Assembly: GCF_001194135.2 (NCBI RefSeq)
Contig: NC_068982.1
Location: 313,488-377,487, forward strand
Length of the DNA stretch: 64,000 nucleotides
Reading direction: 5' to 3'
Source: Octopus bimaculoides
Lineage: Eukaryota
The translations under genes and the position numbers were made by a program. Shown piece after piece: positions 38,701 to 48,228 of the stretch. The notes beneath the pieces were generated by a model. It was not told the origin of the DNA. It was given only the letters and a program-made list of their open reading frames with translations, and searched no databases. How positions within the stretch are numbered: position 1 is the first letter of the stretch; the number at the start of each line of letters is the position of its first letter.

Positions 38701-41700
38701 GCACATGCAAGTTGGCAAACCTGTGGAATTCTTTAACGCTACAGAAGCTGAATGGGAGGCAGTAACAATTGATTACATCAACATTGAAGAAAAGGATGTA
38801 ATGCTAGCAGTAGATGATGTAGATGCCATCCCGGCTGCTGGCCATGATGGATTCCCAGCAATCCTCCTCAAGACATGAAAATAAATCCTTGCAAAACCAT
38901 TGCAGCTACTGGACAAACTAAAGGTGTGTGTGGGGGGGGGGGAATAATATGCCCTGTCTATAAAGGAGAAAGCAGAGCAGATGCTAAAACCTGTTTCTCT
39001 CACCTCACACATCAGCAAAGTCATGGAATGAATAATCCGAGGGAAATAAATTGCATTCCTTGAAGAGAACGACTGACATCCAGCATGGTTTTCGACCAGG
39101 TAGAAGCTGTCTGGCACAGCTCTTGCAGCATTACGATTGGGTGCTAAAGCAGCTGCTCAACAACTCAAATGTGGACGTAATGTATCTTGACTTTGCAAAA
39201 ACCTTTGACAAAGTCAATCATTTTATTTGTCACAAGCTGTGAAGTGTTGGCATAGCTGGAAAACTTGGAGAATGGTTACAGGGTTTTCTAAAAGAGAGAA
39301 GTCAGGTAGTGGTTGTCAATGCGGCCACCTCTGAGGAAGCACAAATAATGAGTGGGGTTCCACAGGACACTGTCCTGGAGCTGCTACTAATCATAGTGGC
39401 CCTCTCTGATATGCCCTCCCCTGCTCGAGTAGCTACCCTTGATAGCTGTTCTGATGATGCCAAAGTCTCTCAGAGGATACAGAACTCTGGAGACATTGTG
39501 CATCTGCAATGTGAAGTGGACACAATATACAGGTGGGCTGAGGAAAATAACATGCAGTTTAATGCTGGAAAATTCTAAGCTCTGCACTACCAATACAAGA
39601 AGTTCAAGGAAAATCAGACTGGATACTGGCCCCAAGGGGGATTCCAATTCTCGAACCAAAATCAACATGTGTTCTGGGCATCACTTTAGTGATCGGGTCT
39701 CACTTTAGTTACCAGGTCTTCTCAATCACAGCATATCTCCAAAAGTCTTGGCCTCCTGTCATTGCCTCTATGAGGCCCAATGTTTGAAGGTCATGCTTCA
39801 CCACCTCATCCCATGTCTTCCTGGGTCTACCTCTTCCACAGGTTCTTTTTACAGTTAGGGTGTGACACTTCCTCGCACAGCTCTCCTCATCCATACGTAA
39901 CACATGACCATACCAGTGTAGTCGTGTCTCTTGCACACCACATCTGATGCTTCTTATGTCCAATTTTCCTCTCAGGGTGCTCACACTGTCGTGAATGCAC
40001 ACTGACATTACCCATCCAGCAGAGAATACTAGCTTCATTTCTTTCAAGCCTACGCATGTCCTCAGCAGTCACAGCCCATGTTTCACTGCCATGTAGTATG
40101 GCTGTTCGCACACATGCGTCATACAGTCTACCTTTCATCCTGAGCGAGAGGCCCTTAGTTGCCAGTAGAGGTAAGAGCTCCCTGAACTTTGCCCAGGCTA
40201 TTCTTATTCCAGCCGCTACACACTCAGAGCAATCACCCCTTGGTCACCTACGTAATGGAAGCTATCAACTACTTCTAGTTTCTTCCCCTGGCATGTGACC
40301 CTGGTGTTGGTGGGCTTACATTCCAGTAACTTAGTGGTTCAGCAAAAGGTAACAATAGAATAAGTACCAGGCTTTAAAACCTAGTCCTGGGCTTGATTCA
40401 GTCAACTAAAAATTCTTGTAGGTACTGCCCCAGCATGGCCATAGTCCAATGACTGAAACAAGTAAAAAAATGATATTTAAAATGTATGATTACTTTTCAT
40501 TGTTCCGTCAGTGTTTTTCTACTGTTTTACAATTGGATTTATATTTTTCATTTTTCGTTTTGGCAGCCTTCAAATATTTTATTTTCTAAGGATGGTTTAA
40601 TAAAAGTTGGGGATTTTGGATTGGCAACAGCCATGACCAACTTTTTAGAGTCAGAAGCAAAAGTAACAGATAACATGAAAGAAACAACAGACACTGATGA
40701 ATATGTAAATGTATCCTATAAACGCCATACTGGTGGTGTGGGCACGCAAATATATATGAGTCCTGAGTTGGTAAGTTTTCTCTTTTCTTTATATCAAATA
40801 GGAATGATTTTTTATCAATCAAGTTCTGCAATTTCTCAAACTAAATTTATAATTTCAATTTCCTTTGAAGTTCTAAGAACAATTTTATCTGTAAATAAAC
40901 TTCTTAAGAACTAAAAGCATAAAGATAACACCTCTGAAAAGCAATTGCTGATGGTTATGAAATCTCGTAAAGTATTTATCATTAGTGTCAGGTGTTCAAG
41001 AAATGCAATTAAAATTTCAGTAGCAGTAAATCATTTTAATTATAATACTCTTTTGGTTAAGAGTTTGGAAAGCATTGTAGTTTTCTTAAAAGTTCTTCAA
41101 CTAATTCATTTCCATACACAACAGCAATTATTGCAATAAATTACATATTTGTCTGTTCTTTTATGACAAATGTCCTTTCTCTTTCTTTTAGGGAATTTTT
41201 GTCTCTGTTTTGATTTGTAGTTTATTGATGGTTTATCTAGTATTGTGAAGGCACGTGGCTCAGTGTTTAGAGTGCCAGGCTCACAATCATGAGGTAGTGA
41301 GTTTGATTCTCAGACCGGGCTGTGTGTTGTGTTCTTGAGCAAGACACTTTATTTCATATTGCCAAGTTGTATCAGGTTTTGTCTTTCCCTTGGATAACAT
41401 TGGTGATGTGGAGAAGGGAGGCTGGAGTGCATGGGTGACCGCTGCTCTTCCATAAACAACCGTGCCCAGACTTGTGCCGTGGAGGGGAACTTTCTAGGGG
41501 GTCTTTATCCTTTTATCTAGTATTAAAAATTCTGTAAAAAGAAAATAGGTTTAATCCTTTAGCGTTCAGATGACCTTGTCGAATGTAACGTTTATTTATT
41601 TGCATTGTTTTCAAATAATCATGGATTATCTCATAGCTTCAAGATTTTCATGTTTGCTTATTTTTAGAATTTTAGGCTAGGTGTAAGAGGCTGGATCTGA

Positions 41701-42873
41701 CCAGTTTGAACCTATAACAGGTAAAATATTTGGACTCGACAGGGCAGGTTTCAGTGCTAAAGGGTTAAGGGAGTCAATCCAATTTTTCACAGACAAGAGA
41801 ATCTTTAGTTTCAAATAAATGAGTCAATTCTTGTATTTTCTTATCTGTGTATTTTCTCCTCAGTGGAGGAAGAACTGTGTATTTTCTTATTTAAAAAAAT
41901 TTTCACATCTCTGTATTTTCTTATTTTATAAAATTCTTTATAGATTAACGGAAAGGATTACAATGAAAAAGTTGACATTTTTGCTTTAGGAATGATTCTT
42001 TTTGAATTATTTTACCCTTTTGATACGGAATCTGAACGTAGGAAAAAACTTCAAGATGTAAAAAAGCGACGGTATCCTGATGATTTTCATACATATAGTC
42101 CTGAATCTTATCAAGAGGAGACAGTAAGTAATTTATTTTGTAATTTATGAAGGATTTTTTTTTTTAATATAAAAACAAAATTTTGTCTATTTGAAGTTAA
42201 CCCTTTTTCGAAATCATAGAGATCAATAGAAAGTACATCAATACTTAAAAAGATGTGATATCAATAACCTTAAGTAGATAAGAGCTAATCTGGATTGGAC
42301 ATTAAGACTGGCAGGTGATGTCCTCCACTCTCAACCCCCCCCCCCAAAAAAAAAACAAATATGGTTTGTACTTATCGTATACATTGTGTAGCGTAAATGG
42401 TTGAACAAACAATATATTATAAACTTCCCTGAATTATAGATGTTGTATTATCACCTGGTTCATAAATTCAAATTCTTTTACTTGTCCAAGGTTTGACCAA
42501 TTGGTCAAGGGGTTAGTTATGACACATATAACTGCTGGATGACCTGAAGGAAAGCAATACAAGAACTGTGTATATAGGTCGAATACATTATTCATCTTCT
42601 GCAAATACTGTAATAAACCAAACAAAATATCATATGATGTTAAAAATTATAAAATTATTAATTCTATCAAAATATCTTAAAATGTTTTGTTTTTCCTTTT
42701 ATTTTTTTCAGTGTGACTTGCTCAACATTCTGCTTTCACCTGACCCAGCCGAACGGCCAAGTGCTGAGCAGGTCCTCAACAGTAGTCTTATGATAGATTT
42801 TGTTTATAGCAAAATCCCTCGAAGGTTCCGAACACGAACACTGTCAAATAGCAGCAAAGAAAAGCAAAGTTGA
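4732..42873 (+). CDS. EIF2AK3: eIF2-alpha kinase PERK, 5'-partial spliced gene (16 exons, 930 aa in window): luminal sensor domain, TM helix, kinase with large insert
   Basis: All junctions are GT-AG and phases chain in frame (2793 nt). Motifs match human PERK from recall: IPSLDG, WNFSVGH, SRTP, WKEI+[69 protein letters not shown]. Luminal domain plus TM excludes HRI, PKR and GCN2. Confidence 0.96.
5559..6025 (+). mobile_element. Young 5'-truncated RTE insertion with a 13-bp TSD
   Basis: ORF end [30 protein letters not shown], 3' UTR and (GAT)n; gattatttatata at 5546-5558 and 6026-6038. Confidence 0.92.
6560..6919 (+). mobile_element. RTE-tailed non-autonomous element
   Basis: RTE tail plus an upstream segment shared with the minus copies at 19440-19730 and 31545-31900. 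Confidence 0.65.
7355..7559. mobile_element. Tigger/pogo-like MITE
   Basis: TIRs cagtaacccctcg / caagggattactg, 5' TA flank, AT-rich core, 205 bp. Confidence 0.6.
7990..8410 (-). mobile_element. tRNA-head SINE with RTE-type tail
   Basis: Reverse copy of the architecture at 56575-57020. Confidence 0.7.
8601..8737 (+). CDS. EIF2AK3: PERK exon ([10 protein letters not shown]...[11 protein letters not shown])
   Basis: ttcag|CTC ... AA|gtaag; matches human RYICS..GC...TVRAV..RSG.EK. Confidence 0.92.
9060..9360 (-). mobile_element. tRNA-head SINE, decayed
   Basis: ctatagaagacacttgcccaagg; related to 59500-59930. Confidence 0.7.
11045..11184 (+). CDS. EIF2AK3: PERK exon (WNFSVGH...)
   Basis: aacag|A TGG ... 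CCT G|gttag; phase continuous. Confidence 0.9.
11341..11714. repeat. 21-bp AT minisatellite, about 17 copies
   Basis: Unit ttaatattaattaatatctat, nearly perfect. Confidence 0.95.
12593..12699 (+). CDS. EIF2AK3: PERK exon ([18 protein letters not shown]...LWQHK)
   Basis: ttgcag|AT ... AAG|gtatg; phase continuous. Confidence 0.85.
13045..13345 (-). mobile_element. RTE 3' UTR fragment
   Basis: gctggatgcccttcctaatgccaaccactccgagagt plus tandem hairpin units. Confidence 0.75.
13355..13560 (-). mobile_element. SINE 3' half
   Basis: ggtacttattctatcgg...gaaccactaagttac; matches the 59760-59930 family. Confidence 0.65.
13780..14230. repeat. Unclassified interspersed repeat, copy 1
   Basis: Shares ggagtctcagctgtgaggtt, ctggacattgttaa and caactggtcatta with 55900-56440. 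Confidence 0.6.
14575..14930 (-). mobile_element. RTE 3' end, decayed
   Basis: (CAT)n tail; [22 protein letters not shown] on -. Confidence 0.75.
15221..15341 (+). CDS. EIF2AK3: PERK exon ([11 protein letters not shown]...PLMYIG)
   Basis: tttcag|TTG ... G|gtaag; matches human TPIASAWLL...PISLF. Confidence 0.92.
16170..16425 (+). mobile_element. RTE 3' UTR with (GAT)n tail
   Basis: High similarity to 1-279. Confidence 0.85.
17299..17415 (+). CDS. EIF2AK3: PERK exon ([10 protein letters not shown]...LPSVGWKPY)
   Basis: tttcag|GA ... T|gtaag; matches human LPTIKWKP. Confidence 0.9.
17616..17741 (+). CDS. EIF2AK3: PERK exon (SRTPAL...QNYPF)
   Basis: tttag|CT ... G|gtgag; SRTP and YP motifs. 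Confidence 0.9.
18750..19170 (-). mobile_element. Near full-length tRNA-head SINE
   Basis: Reverse of the 59500-59930 family, with an internal (CT)n. Confidence 0.78.
19440..19730 (-). mobile_element. Non-autonomous RTE-associated element fragment
   Basis: Shares segments with 6560-6700 and 31700-31900. Confidence 0.55.
20494..20599 (+). CDS. EIF2AK3: PERK exon ([10 protein letters not shown]...YFDRW)
   Basis: tttag|AT ... TG|gtgagt; matches human DNGYYLP. Confidence 0.88.
21003..21141 (+). CDS. EIF2AK3: PERK transmembrane exon ([21 protein letters not shown]...)
   Basis: ttctag|G ... CAG|gtattt; hydrophobic helix follows WKEI as in human. Confidence 0.92.
22165..22700 (+). mobile_element. 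RTE LINE fragment
   Basis: [23 protein letters not shown]...[15 protein letters not shown]. Confidence 0.88.
23848..24069. mobile_element. piggyBac-type MITE, family 1
   Basis: TTAA at 23844-47 and 24070-73; TIR cctttttgatacc / ggtaacgaaacgg (10/13). Confidence 0.7.
26210..26396 (-). mobile_element. tRNA-derived SINE, second family
   Basis: A box tggccaagtggttagagc, B box ggttcgattcc; related to 41255-41480 and 13606-13700. Confidence 0.72.
26627..26733 (+). CDS. EIF2AK3: PERK juxtamembrane exon (DETKSGEE...EYVSK)
   Basis: tccag|GAT ... AA|gtaagt; matches human GYISR. Confidence 0.85.
27400..27522 (+). CDS. EIF2AK3: PERK kinase subdomains I-II ([15 protein letters not shown]...YAVKRICLP)
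   Basis: ttacag|A ... TG|gttagt; catalytic Lys present. Confidence 0.95.
27850..28420 (-). mobile_element. RTE LINE 3' fragment, decayed
   Basis: [12 protein letters not shown]...GRPKKT..KVVKDNL. Confidence 0.8.
28870..29160 (-). mobile_element. RTE 3' UTR and tail
   Basis: (CAT)n tail plus ccatgctggcatgg hairpin. Confidence 0.78.
29298..29441 (+). CDS. EIF2AK3: PERK kinase subdomains III-IV (EKVMREV...[18 protein letters not shown])
   Basis: ttcag|T ... AA|gtaag. Confidence 0.95.
30278..30399. repeat. 31-bp tandem repeat x4
   Basis: ggtcaagcactcaggtgcaaatctaatctac. Confidence 0.93.
30575..31256 (+). CDS. EIF2AK3: PERK kinase insert plus subdomains V-VIb (to HRDLK)
   Basis: tttcag|C ... 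AAA|gtaag; lies within ORF 30558-31268; [19 protein letters not shown]. Confidence 0.96.
31545..31900 (-). mobile_element. RTE-tailed non-autonomous element
   Basis: ttccatgctggcatgggttgg tail; body related to 19440-19730. Confidence 0.65.
32495..32532 (-). ncRNA. Decayed minimal type I hammerhead ribozyme (Penelope-like pLTR remnant, about 32390-32570)
   Basis: Minus strand ccttt-CCGATGA-A-GAGC-ctag-GCTC-GAA-ACAT-A-aaaga: stem I, core, stem II, GAA, minimal stem III; two substitutions from the functional consensus. Confidence 0.65.
32677..32897. mobile_element. piggyBac-type MITE, family 2
   Basis: TTAA|ccctttagcatt ... aatgttaaaagg|TTAA; homologous to 41555-41764. Confidence 0.8.
33330..33460 (+). 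mobile_element. Mariner transposase C-terminal remnant
   Basis: [23 protein letters not shown] resembles the mariner end GL.KL..R..KC.EL.GEYVE. Confidence 0.5.
33824..34830 (-). mobile_element. RTE LINE 3' fragment (older)
   Basis: [25 protein letters not shown] through 3' UTR and (CAT)n tail. Confidence 0.88.
35465..36060 (-). mobile_element. CR1/L2-group LINE RT fragment
   Basis: [42 protein letters not shown]. Confidence 0.88.
36190..37085 (+). mobile_element. Young RTE LINE 3' end with an uninterrupted ORF C-terminus
   Basis: ORF 36190-36990 has no stops or frameshifts on either side of the N-gap; near-identical to 5559-5720 and 63412-63640. Confidence 0.93.
37100..38370 (-). mobile_element. 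RTE LINE fragment (older subfamily)
   Basis: [44 protein letters not shown], tail at 37100. Confidence 0.88.
38357..39690 (+). mobile_element. CR1/L2-group LINE fragment, frameshifted
   Basis: [60 protein letters not shown]. Confidence 0.88.
39705..40290 (-). mobile_element. RTE LINE fragment
   Basis: [23 protein letters not shown]...[15 protein letters not shown]. Confidence 0.88.
40567..40770 (+). CDS. EIF2AK3: PERK subdomains VIb-VIII (PSNI...DFG...[14 protein letters not shown])
   Basis: ggcag|CCT ... TTG|gtaag. Confidence 0.96.
41255..41480 (+). mobile_element. tRNA-derived SINE, second family
   Basis: tggctcagtgtttagag...gtttgattc, gtgttcttgagcaagacact. Confidence 0.7.
41555..41764. 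mobile_element. piggyBac-type MITE, family 2
   Basis: TTAA|tcctttagcg ... tgctaaaggg|TTAA. Confidence 0.8.
41944..42123 (+). CDS. EIF2AK3: PERK subdomains IX-X ([26 protein letters not shown]...)
   Basis: tatag|ATT ... ACA|gtaag. Confidence 0.95.
42712..42873 (+). CDS. EIF2AK3: PERK last coding exon ([12 protein letters not shown]...[14 protein letters not shown])
   Basis: ttttcag|TGT; subdomain XI Arg; TGA at 42871-42873. Confidence 0.93.
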   Translation, partial: CDLLNILLSPDPAERPSAEQVLNSSLMIDFVYSKIPRRFRTRTLSNSSKEKQS

Positions 42874-43067
42874 AAAATGCTTGCTTATGAATTATTAATA
42901 TTTGTCATGCCTTTCATTTTTAATCTTTAAGAACTTAAAAAATTTTTTTTTATTTCAATGGGTCCAGAACAGTCAAAACTTTCTTTTAAAACTCTTTACA
43001 AATGTAATTAAAAAGTTGTATATACATTTTTGTTATAAATCACCCATTCACTTCGAGGAGAATAGAA

Positions 43068-43073
43068 AATAAA
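43068..43073 (+). promoter_or_regulatory. Candidate polyadenylation signal for PERK
   Basis: AATAAA about 195 nt after the stop with U/GU-rich sequence downstream; common by chance in AT-rich DNA. Confidence 0.3.
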
Positions 43074-43574
43074 TCTATATTAGTGGTAAAGTGTAAATGT
43101 TACTGTTTTATGTTTTTTTTACTCCTGTGGACCAAAAGATTTGGGGATTTTATTTCCAAACATTTGTGATTATTTGTATATGTTTTGTCAGTTTGTATTT
43201 ACCAAAACAGAATGTTCAGAAATCTTCAACATAAGGAAAATTCCATTTTTGTAAATGTCGAATTTAAAAAAAAGAATCTTTTGCTGCCACTCTTAAACAG
43301 AAAATTTTGTGAAATTATTTTAGGCATTTTTAGTGTTATTGGTTTAGTGATGGTTGGTAATCCCCACATAAACACTTTTTTGTTAAGATATCATTCTCTG
43401 TCAGAGATGAACTATTTCTTGCATCAAGTTCTCAAAGTATATCTAAGTTCTCTTTCAGTTGATTTTGGTTAATTAGCACCAGTGCTGGTTGCTGAATAAG
43501 CATGGGGCTGGGTCTTCTCATTAACTATTGTGTTATCATCATCATATTCATCATTATTATTATTATTATTTGTA

Positions 43575-43790
43575 GGGTGGTGAGCTGGTAGAATCGTTAG
43601 AATGCCGGGCGAAATGCTTAGCAGTATTTTGCCCGTCGCTATGTTCTGAGTTCAAAATTCCACTGAGGTCAACTTTACCTTTCATCCTTTCAGGGTCGAT
43701 AAATTAAGTACCAGTGAAACACTGGGGTTGATATAATCGATTATTCCCCATCCTACAAATCTGAGGCCTTGTACCTCCAGTAGAAAGGAT
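43575..43790 (+). mobile_element. SINE with a Meta-domain-like core
   Basis: ggtgagctggtagaatcgttag head, ctttcatcctttcagggtcgataaattaagtaccag core, (ATT)n flanks; domain name from recall. Confidence 0.65.
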
Positions 43791-44729
43791 TATTATTATT
43801 ATTATTTAAAAAAAAAAGTTTTATCTATTCAAAACTCTTCCAAGTATTTAAAAAAATTCCATCTATGGATTATTCCTGTAAAAGTTAGAACATGATTCAC
43901 TCATGAACTTTCTGATACAGTCTTCAACTATTCCAAGATGCTGTTGGGACCGGCATTCATTCTCCAAGGTCTAATATAAAAAAAACAAGACAAAAGTTTG
44001 AGTCAGTTCAGTCTAGTTTCTTCTTCCGGCCAACTCAAAAGGTTTTCAGTTGAATACTTTAATATTAAAGCTAGAGATTCAAATTCCATTGATACAGTTG
44101 CAAATGCAGCAACGTTGAACTCGAACCGGTGATTGTGTTACATTGAGGCACTGTGACTCTCCCCAGGCACAGCAAAAGCTAAAGAAATTGCCTTGGAGTT
44201 GTTTCTCGTGGTTATTCTGCTTCCATTTTGATCCATGACGAAGAAAGCTAAATCATTTCAATTGGATCTTTAGTCTGGTTGAAAGAGACTCCCTCCACTT
44301 TTGTTTGAAAGTGGCTTTAGGCCCCCCCCCCCTTTTTTTTTTCATTTGAGAACTTGAACCCATGTAAAGAACGAAAACTAAACCTGCAAATATATATTTT
44401 GATGTTGAACAGGATTCTTCAGTGCATCTAGTCAAGTTTTGATTCATTGTTCTTAGTTGAAGCGTTGCTGTGGTTGATTTAATCCACTGAAATAAGTACA
44501 TGACCGATAATAAGCTGGCACCAGTGCTTGGCATTGGTTTTGTGTCTAGTCAGAGAAAATTAATATTAAACTTGTAACTAACAGTTTGGGAAATCTGGTT
44601 AAAAAGGTGTTTAATATGAAAGTTTTCAATTGAATTTTTAAAAATACATTTAAATTTTAAGTAAAAAATATTTGATGCTAAATATTTGATTACATTTTAT
44701 ACTGAACAGTCATTTCCCCCTCCATACAA

Positions 44730-44950
44730 TACCCAGGTAGATGTATGATTAAAAAGCTTGCTTCCCAACCATGTGGTTTGGAGTTCATGCCCACTTTGCA
44801 GTGCTTTGAGCAATTGGGTTCTGTTATAGTCCTGGACTGACCAAAATCCCCGTGAGTGGAATTGGTAGATGGAAACTGAAAGAAGCCCATCATGTGAAGA
44901 GTGTATGTTTGTACTCTTGTCTCGACATTTTGTGATCGTTGTGAGTGATC
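44730..44950 (-). mobile_element. tRNA-head SINE fragment
   Basis: cttcccaaccatgtgg..., gaattggtagatggaaactgaaagaagccc. Confidence 0.6.
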
Positions 44951-46254
44951 ATCGTCATACAAGGAATTAACCTTTTTTCAAGATTTGCACTAAAAACACC
45001 CCTGCCATATCCAGCCAATTCTAAATTACAACTGTCTCTTTGTACATTCTAGATTGTCTAACCACATCTTTATACATTATACTCAACCTCCATCCTATAA
45101 TTTAACTAATTGAAGTTCCACCAGTTCTAAATTTACTCTATTATGTCCCTTCACACCTTTCTTTCAACTAAAGATTGTAACCCTGAACAACTATGTCAAT
45201 GAGGAAGCCTCAGTGGAGTTGCATGACTTGCTAGAAATAGCAGCCAAATTATCTCAGCCCACATCCTACCATCTCAAAAAAGAAACATTGAAATAATGTA
45301 TTCCCAGATACTTTATTTCTGAAAACAAGATGTGGTGGTCACAGATGGAACGCCTTTGATTAAAGGTTGTCTGTTCAGTCAGGTTTTTTTCATTTTAATA
45401 GTTGGACATTTCTGTGAATTTAGTAATAATTACCTTTTTTTTTTCTTTTCTTATTTGTTTCCCCCATCTTAATGTGATTTTACAATTCATTTCATAAATT
45501 TGATGTGAGATGTAAATTTTCTCTATTTTTCTGTTTAATGAGATCAGTATGTGAAACCCTTGTTTTGTTGAGCATAAAAAAACTGTTAATATAAAAAGTT
45601 TTGTCATTTTTTCTCTAATTCTAGTTTTGTACAAAGGTTGCTATGCAAGAGTTTATAAATCACAGTTGGAATGTAAGTCTATTTTGATTCATGTCATAAT
45701 GCAGGATTTAAACTTGTAATCTTCCAATAATTATCTGAATCCTGATAAGTAATAATTCTTGAGGCTTCAAGAATTATTACTGATAGGAAGAAAATGACAA
45801 AGGGGAAAACTTGGATTTGCAATTTCTAAGGATTCTTTGTTTGAACATTACCAGATGTGAACAGTTGTTAAGAATTGATATTTTAATAATTAATTTTTTT
45901 TTTTACGTAAAACATACTCCTTACTCTTAGAGAAGCTGAAAAAGACTAAGAAATAATTTTTAGCTATAAATCAAGAATTTAGATGTTATAGGTTTTTAAA
46001 ATTTTATAGTAGTTTAGGTGTTAATGACTGTTACTTATTTTGTCGATGCTGGTCAAATTTTTATTTACCATGTCATTGAATGCTGCTCAACCAATTAATA
46101 CCAACTTTTCCAGTAAAGATAATAACAAATCTTAAAACTCCTTTACAATACTTATCAACAGAAAATATATTTCTCATTAAAAAGTAGTTTCTAGTTTGTA
46201 ACTTCACTTATATCGATTTAATGTTAATTATCAAATTAGTTATACGTATAGAAT

Positions 46255-46560
46255 GCAGATGTGGCTGTATGGTTAGAAGCTGGGCTGCTCAATGCCTTGC
46301 AAGCAGAGTCGGTAGATGGGAACTGGAAGAAATTTGTTGTATATACATGTGTGTGTGTCCCTTACCACCACTTGGCAATCAGTGTTGGTGCAGTTATGTC
46401 CTTTTAACCTAGCAGTTCAGCAAAAGTGATTGATAGAATAAGTATCAGGCTTTAAAAAAAAAATAAGTGCTGGGGTCAGTTCAGTTGACTAAAATTCTTC
46501 AAGATGGTGCTCCAGCATGGCCACAGTCAAATGACTGAAACAAGTAAAAGATAAAAGATA
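46255..46560 (+). mobile_element. tRNA-head SINE, internally deleted
   Basis: tggctgtatggttagaag head; ctccagcatggccacagtcaaatgactgaaacaagtaaaag tail. Confidence 0.75.
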
Positions 46561-46729
46561 TGTAATTTAATTGGTTAACATCTTGCCAAAATTGGTTTTG
46601 CTTATTATTCCATTTGGGCCAGTCAAACAGCCTGGGGTTCATCCAGTTAATCATCCTGTTTCTGTAAGTCTGCAATTGTGTCTCGCATGTTAGACATTCT
46701 ACATCCATCCATCTTTTCTGCCTAGGAAG

Positions 46730-47090
46730 ATCATGGGGTAGAGTCTTATGTCCCCCATACAATCCTGCCAGAAACCACTGTTTCCCACTGTGATTAATGT
46801 GACTGAATATCATTGACCATCTCGTTTTTTGGTCTTTTTCCTGTTGGCTTCGCTTGAAGAATCCGTCGTGTTTCTTTCCTGTGATATTGTAGCATTTTGT
46901 TTGTAATACTGGAGCTTTGACCTCTTTTCAATGTGGAGAAGTAACAGCTTGACTTGGAGAGACCCCTTCGTCTCCAAGCTATGCATCCAATTGAGGTCTG
47001 TCAGAGGAACCCCGTTTCTGCTGCTTCTGTTCAGGATTGTACTCCTTTGACATTTATAACCATGGAAACTGAATTGAAGATGAGTTTGGC
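46730..47090 (-). mobile_element. Degenerate RTE/Expander-like LINE 3' end (different family)
   Basis: LLLHIEKRSKLQYY and RRILQAKPTGKRP resemble LLLHIERSQLRW..H...A.PTGKRPRGRP. Confidence 0.55.
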
Positions 47091-48228
47091 TTTTTTTTTT
47101 AACTATTTAAATTTCTTGACAAATTTAGGTCTTTTCACCAGTTAAATATCCTTAGCTTTCAAAGCTAATATAGCTGCAACACTTTACATTTTCCACCTTG
47201 AAAAACTTTGGCCATTAACACAAATGTAACATTGAATGTAACATTGACCAAAAATGATCATCTCAAGTGCTTGCACTGGTGAGACACGTCTGCATATTAC
47301 TCTCACATTATGGAATCATCATAAATTTTAATTCTCCATAATTGTTCACATTTGCTTTGATGAATCAAGTCTTTACTGTTTTTATCAAATGCATTTTATA
47401 ACCAATTTATTACATAAAATCTTTGTATCAGAAACATATCTAATTCAATATAGATTGCTATTTTCACTTTCTGTCTCCACTTGGATCCTCATTTCTCAAT
47501 TTTATTTTTATGAGTGTAAAAGAGAATAAAATAATTTCACTAAGTTTGAAAAATGGCCTTCTTGCAGAGCATTGTGGAATACACCCTTCAAGATCTGATC
47601 TCTTATTTTCAATAAAATGGCACTTTTTATGTTAGCAAAAAGCAAGATATTTCCCATACTGATTTCAACCTTTTGACTTCTATTGTTGGATGAAATTGTT
47701 TTGAAATAAAGAGAAAAAGTAAACTGCATACACTAAACACCTTTTACTTCAAATTCTAATTAAAAAAAAAAAAAGCAAAACTTTTTGTTCTCATTCCTAA
47801 AAACGTCTGTTATATATATAACTTGTGTTAAAATATAATGTGGCAGCAGCTAATACAGAATATCTACTTCATGAATTTGTATTATTTTTGTATGTAGATA
47901 TTATGTAAATAAACTTTTTCTTAATAAACTATCTTGACTGTGTTTTAGTTTTTTGGTTAACAGAACGATGATACAATAGAAAGAGTTTTATTGTATTTCC
48001 ATTGTATCCTACTTAGCAAGGTGGCAGAAATGTTAGCACACTGGGTGAAACAATTAGTGGTATTTGGTGCCCCACCAGTGAGGCATGCGTGGGATTATGT
48101 TGAATTTTTATACCCTTTGTACATAATGTTTAGTATACCAATAGAGAAAGGGGGCAATTTGAGAATGCATTATTAAAAAAAAAATTATCTCTACATCCCT
48201 TTCGTGGACAATTTTATCAAATTTTTGG

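Noticed and set aside
44040-44135. Plus-strand exon-like EYFNIKARDSNSID
   Set aside because: Superficial likeness to a Rab G5 region only; stops at once and has no partner exons.
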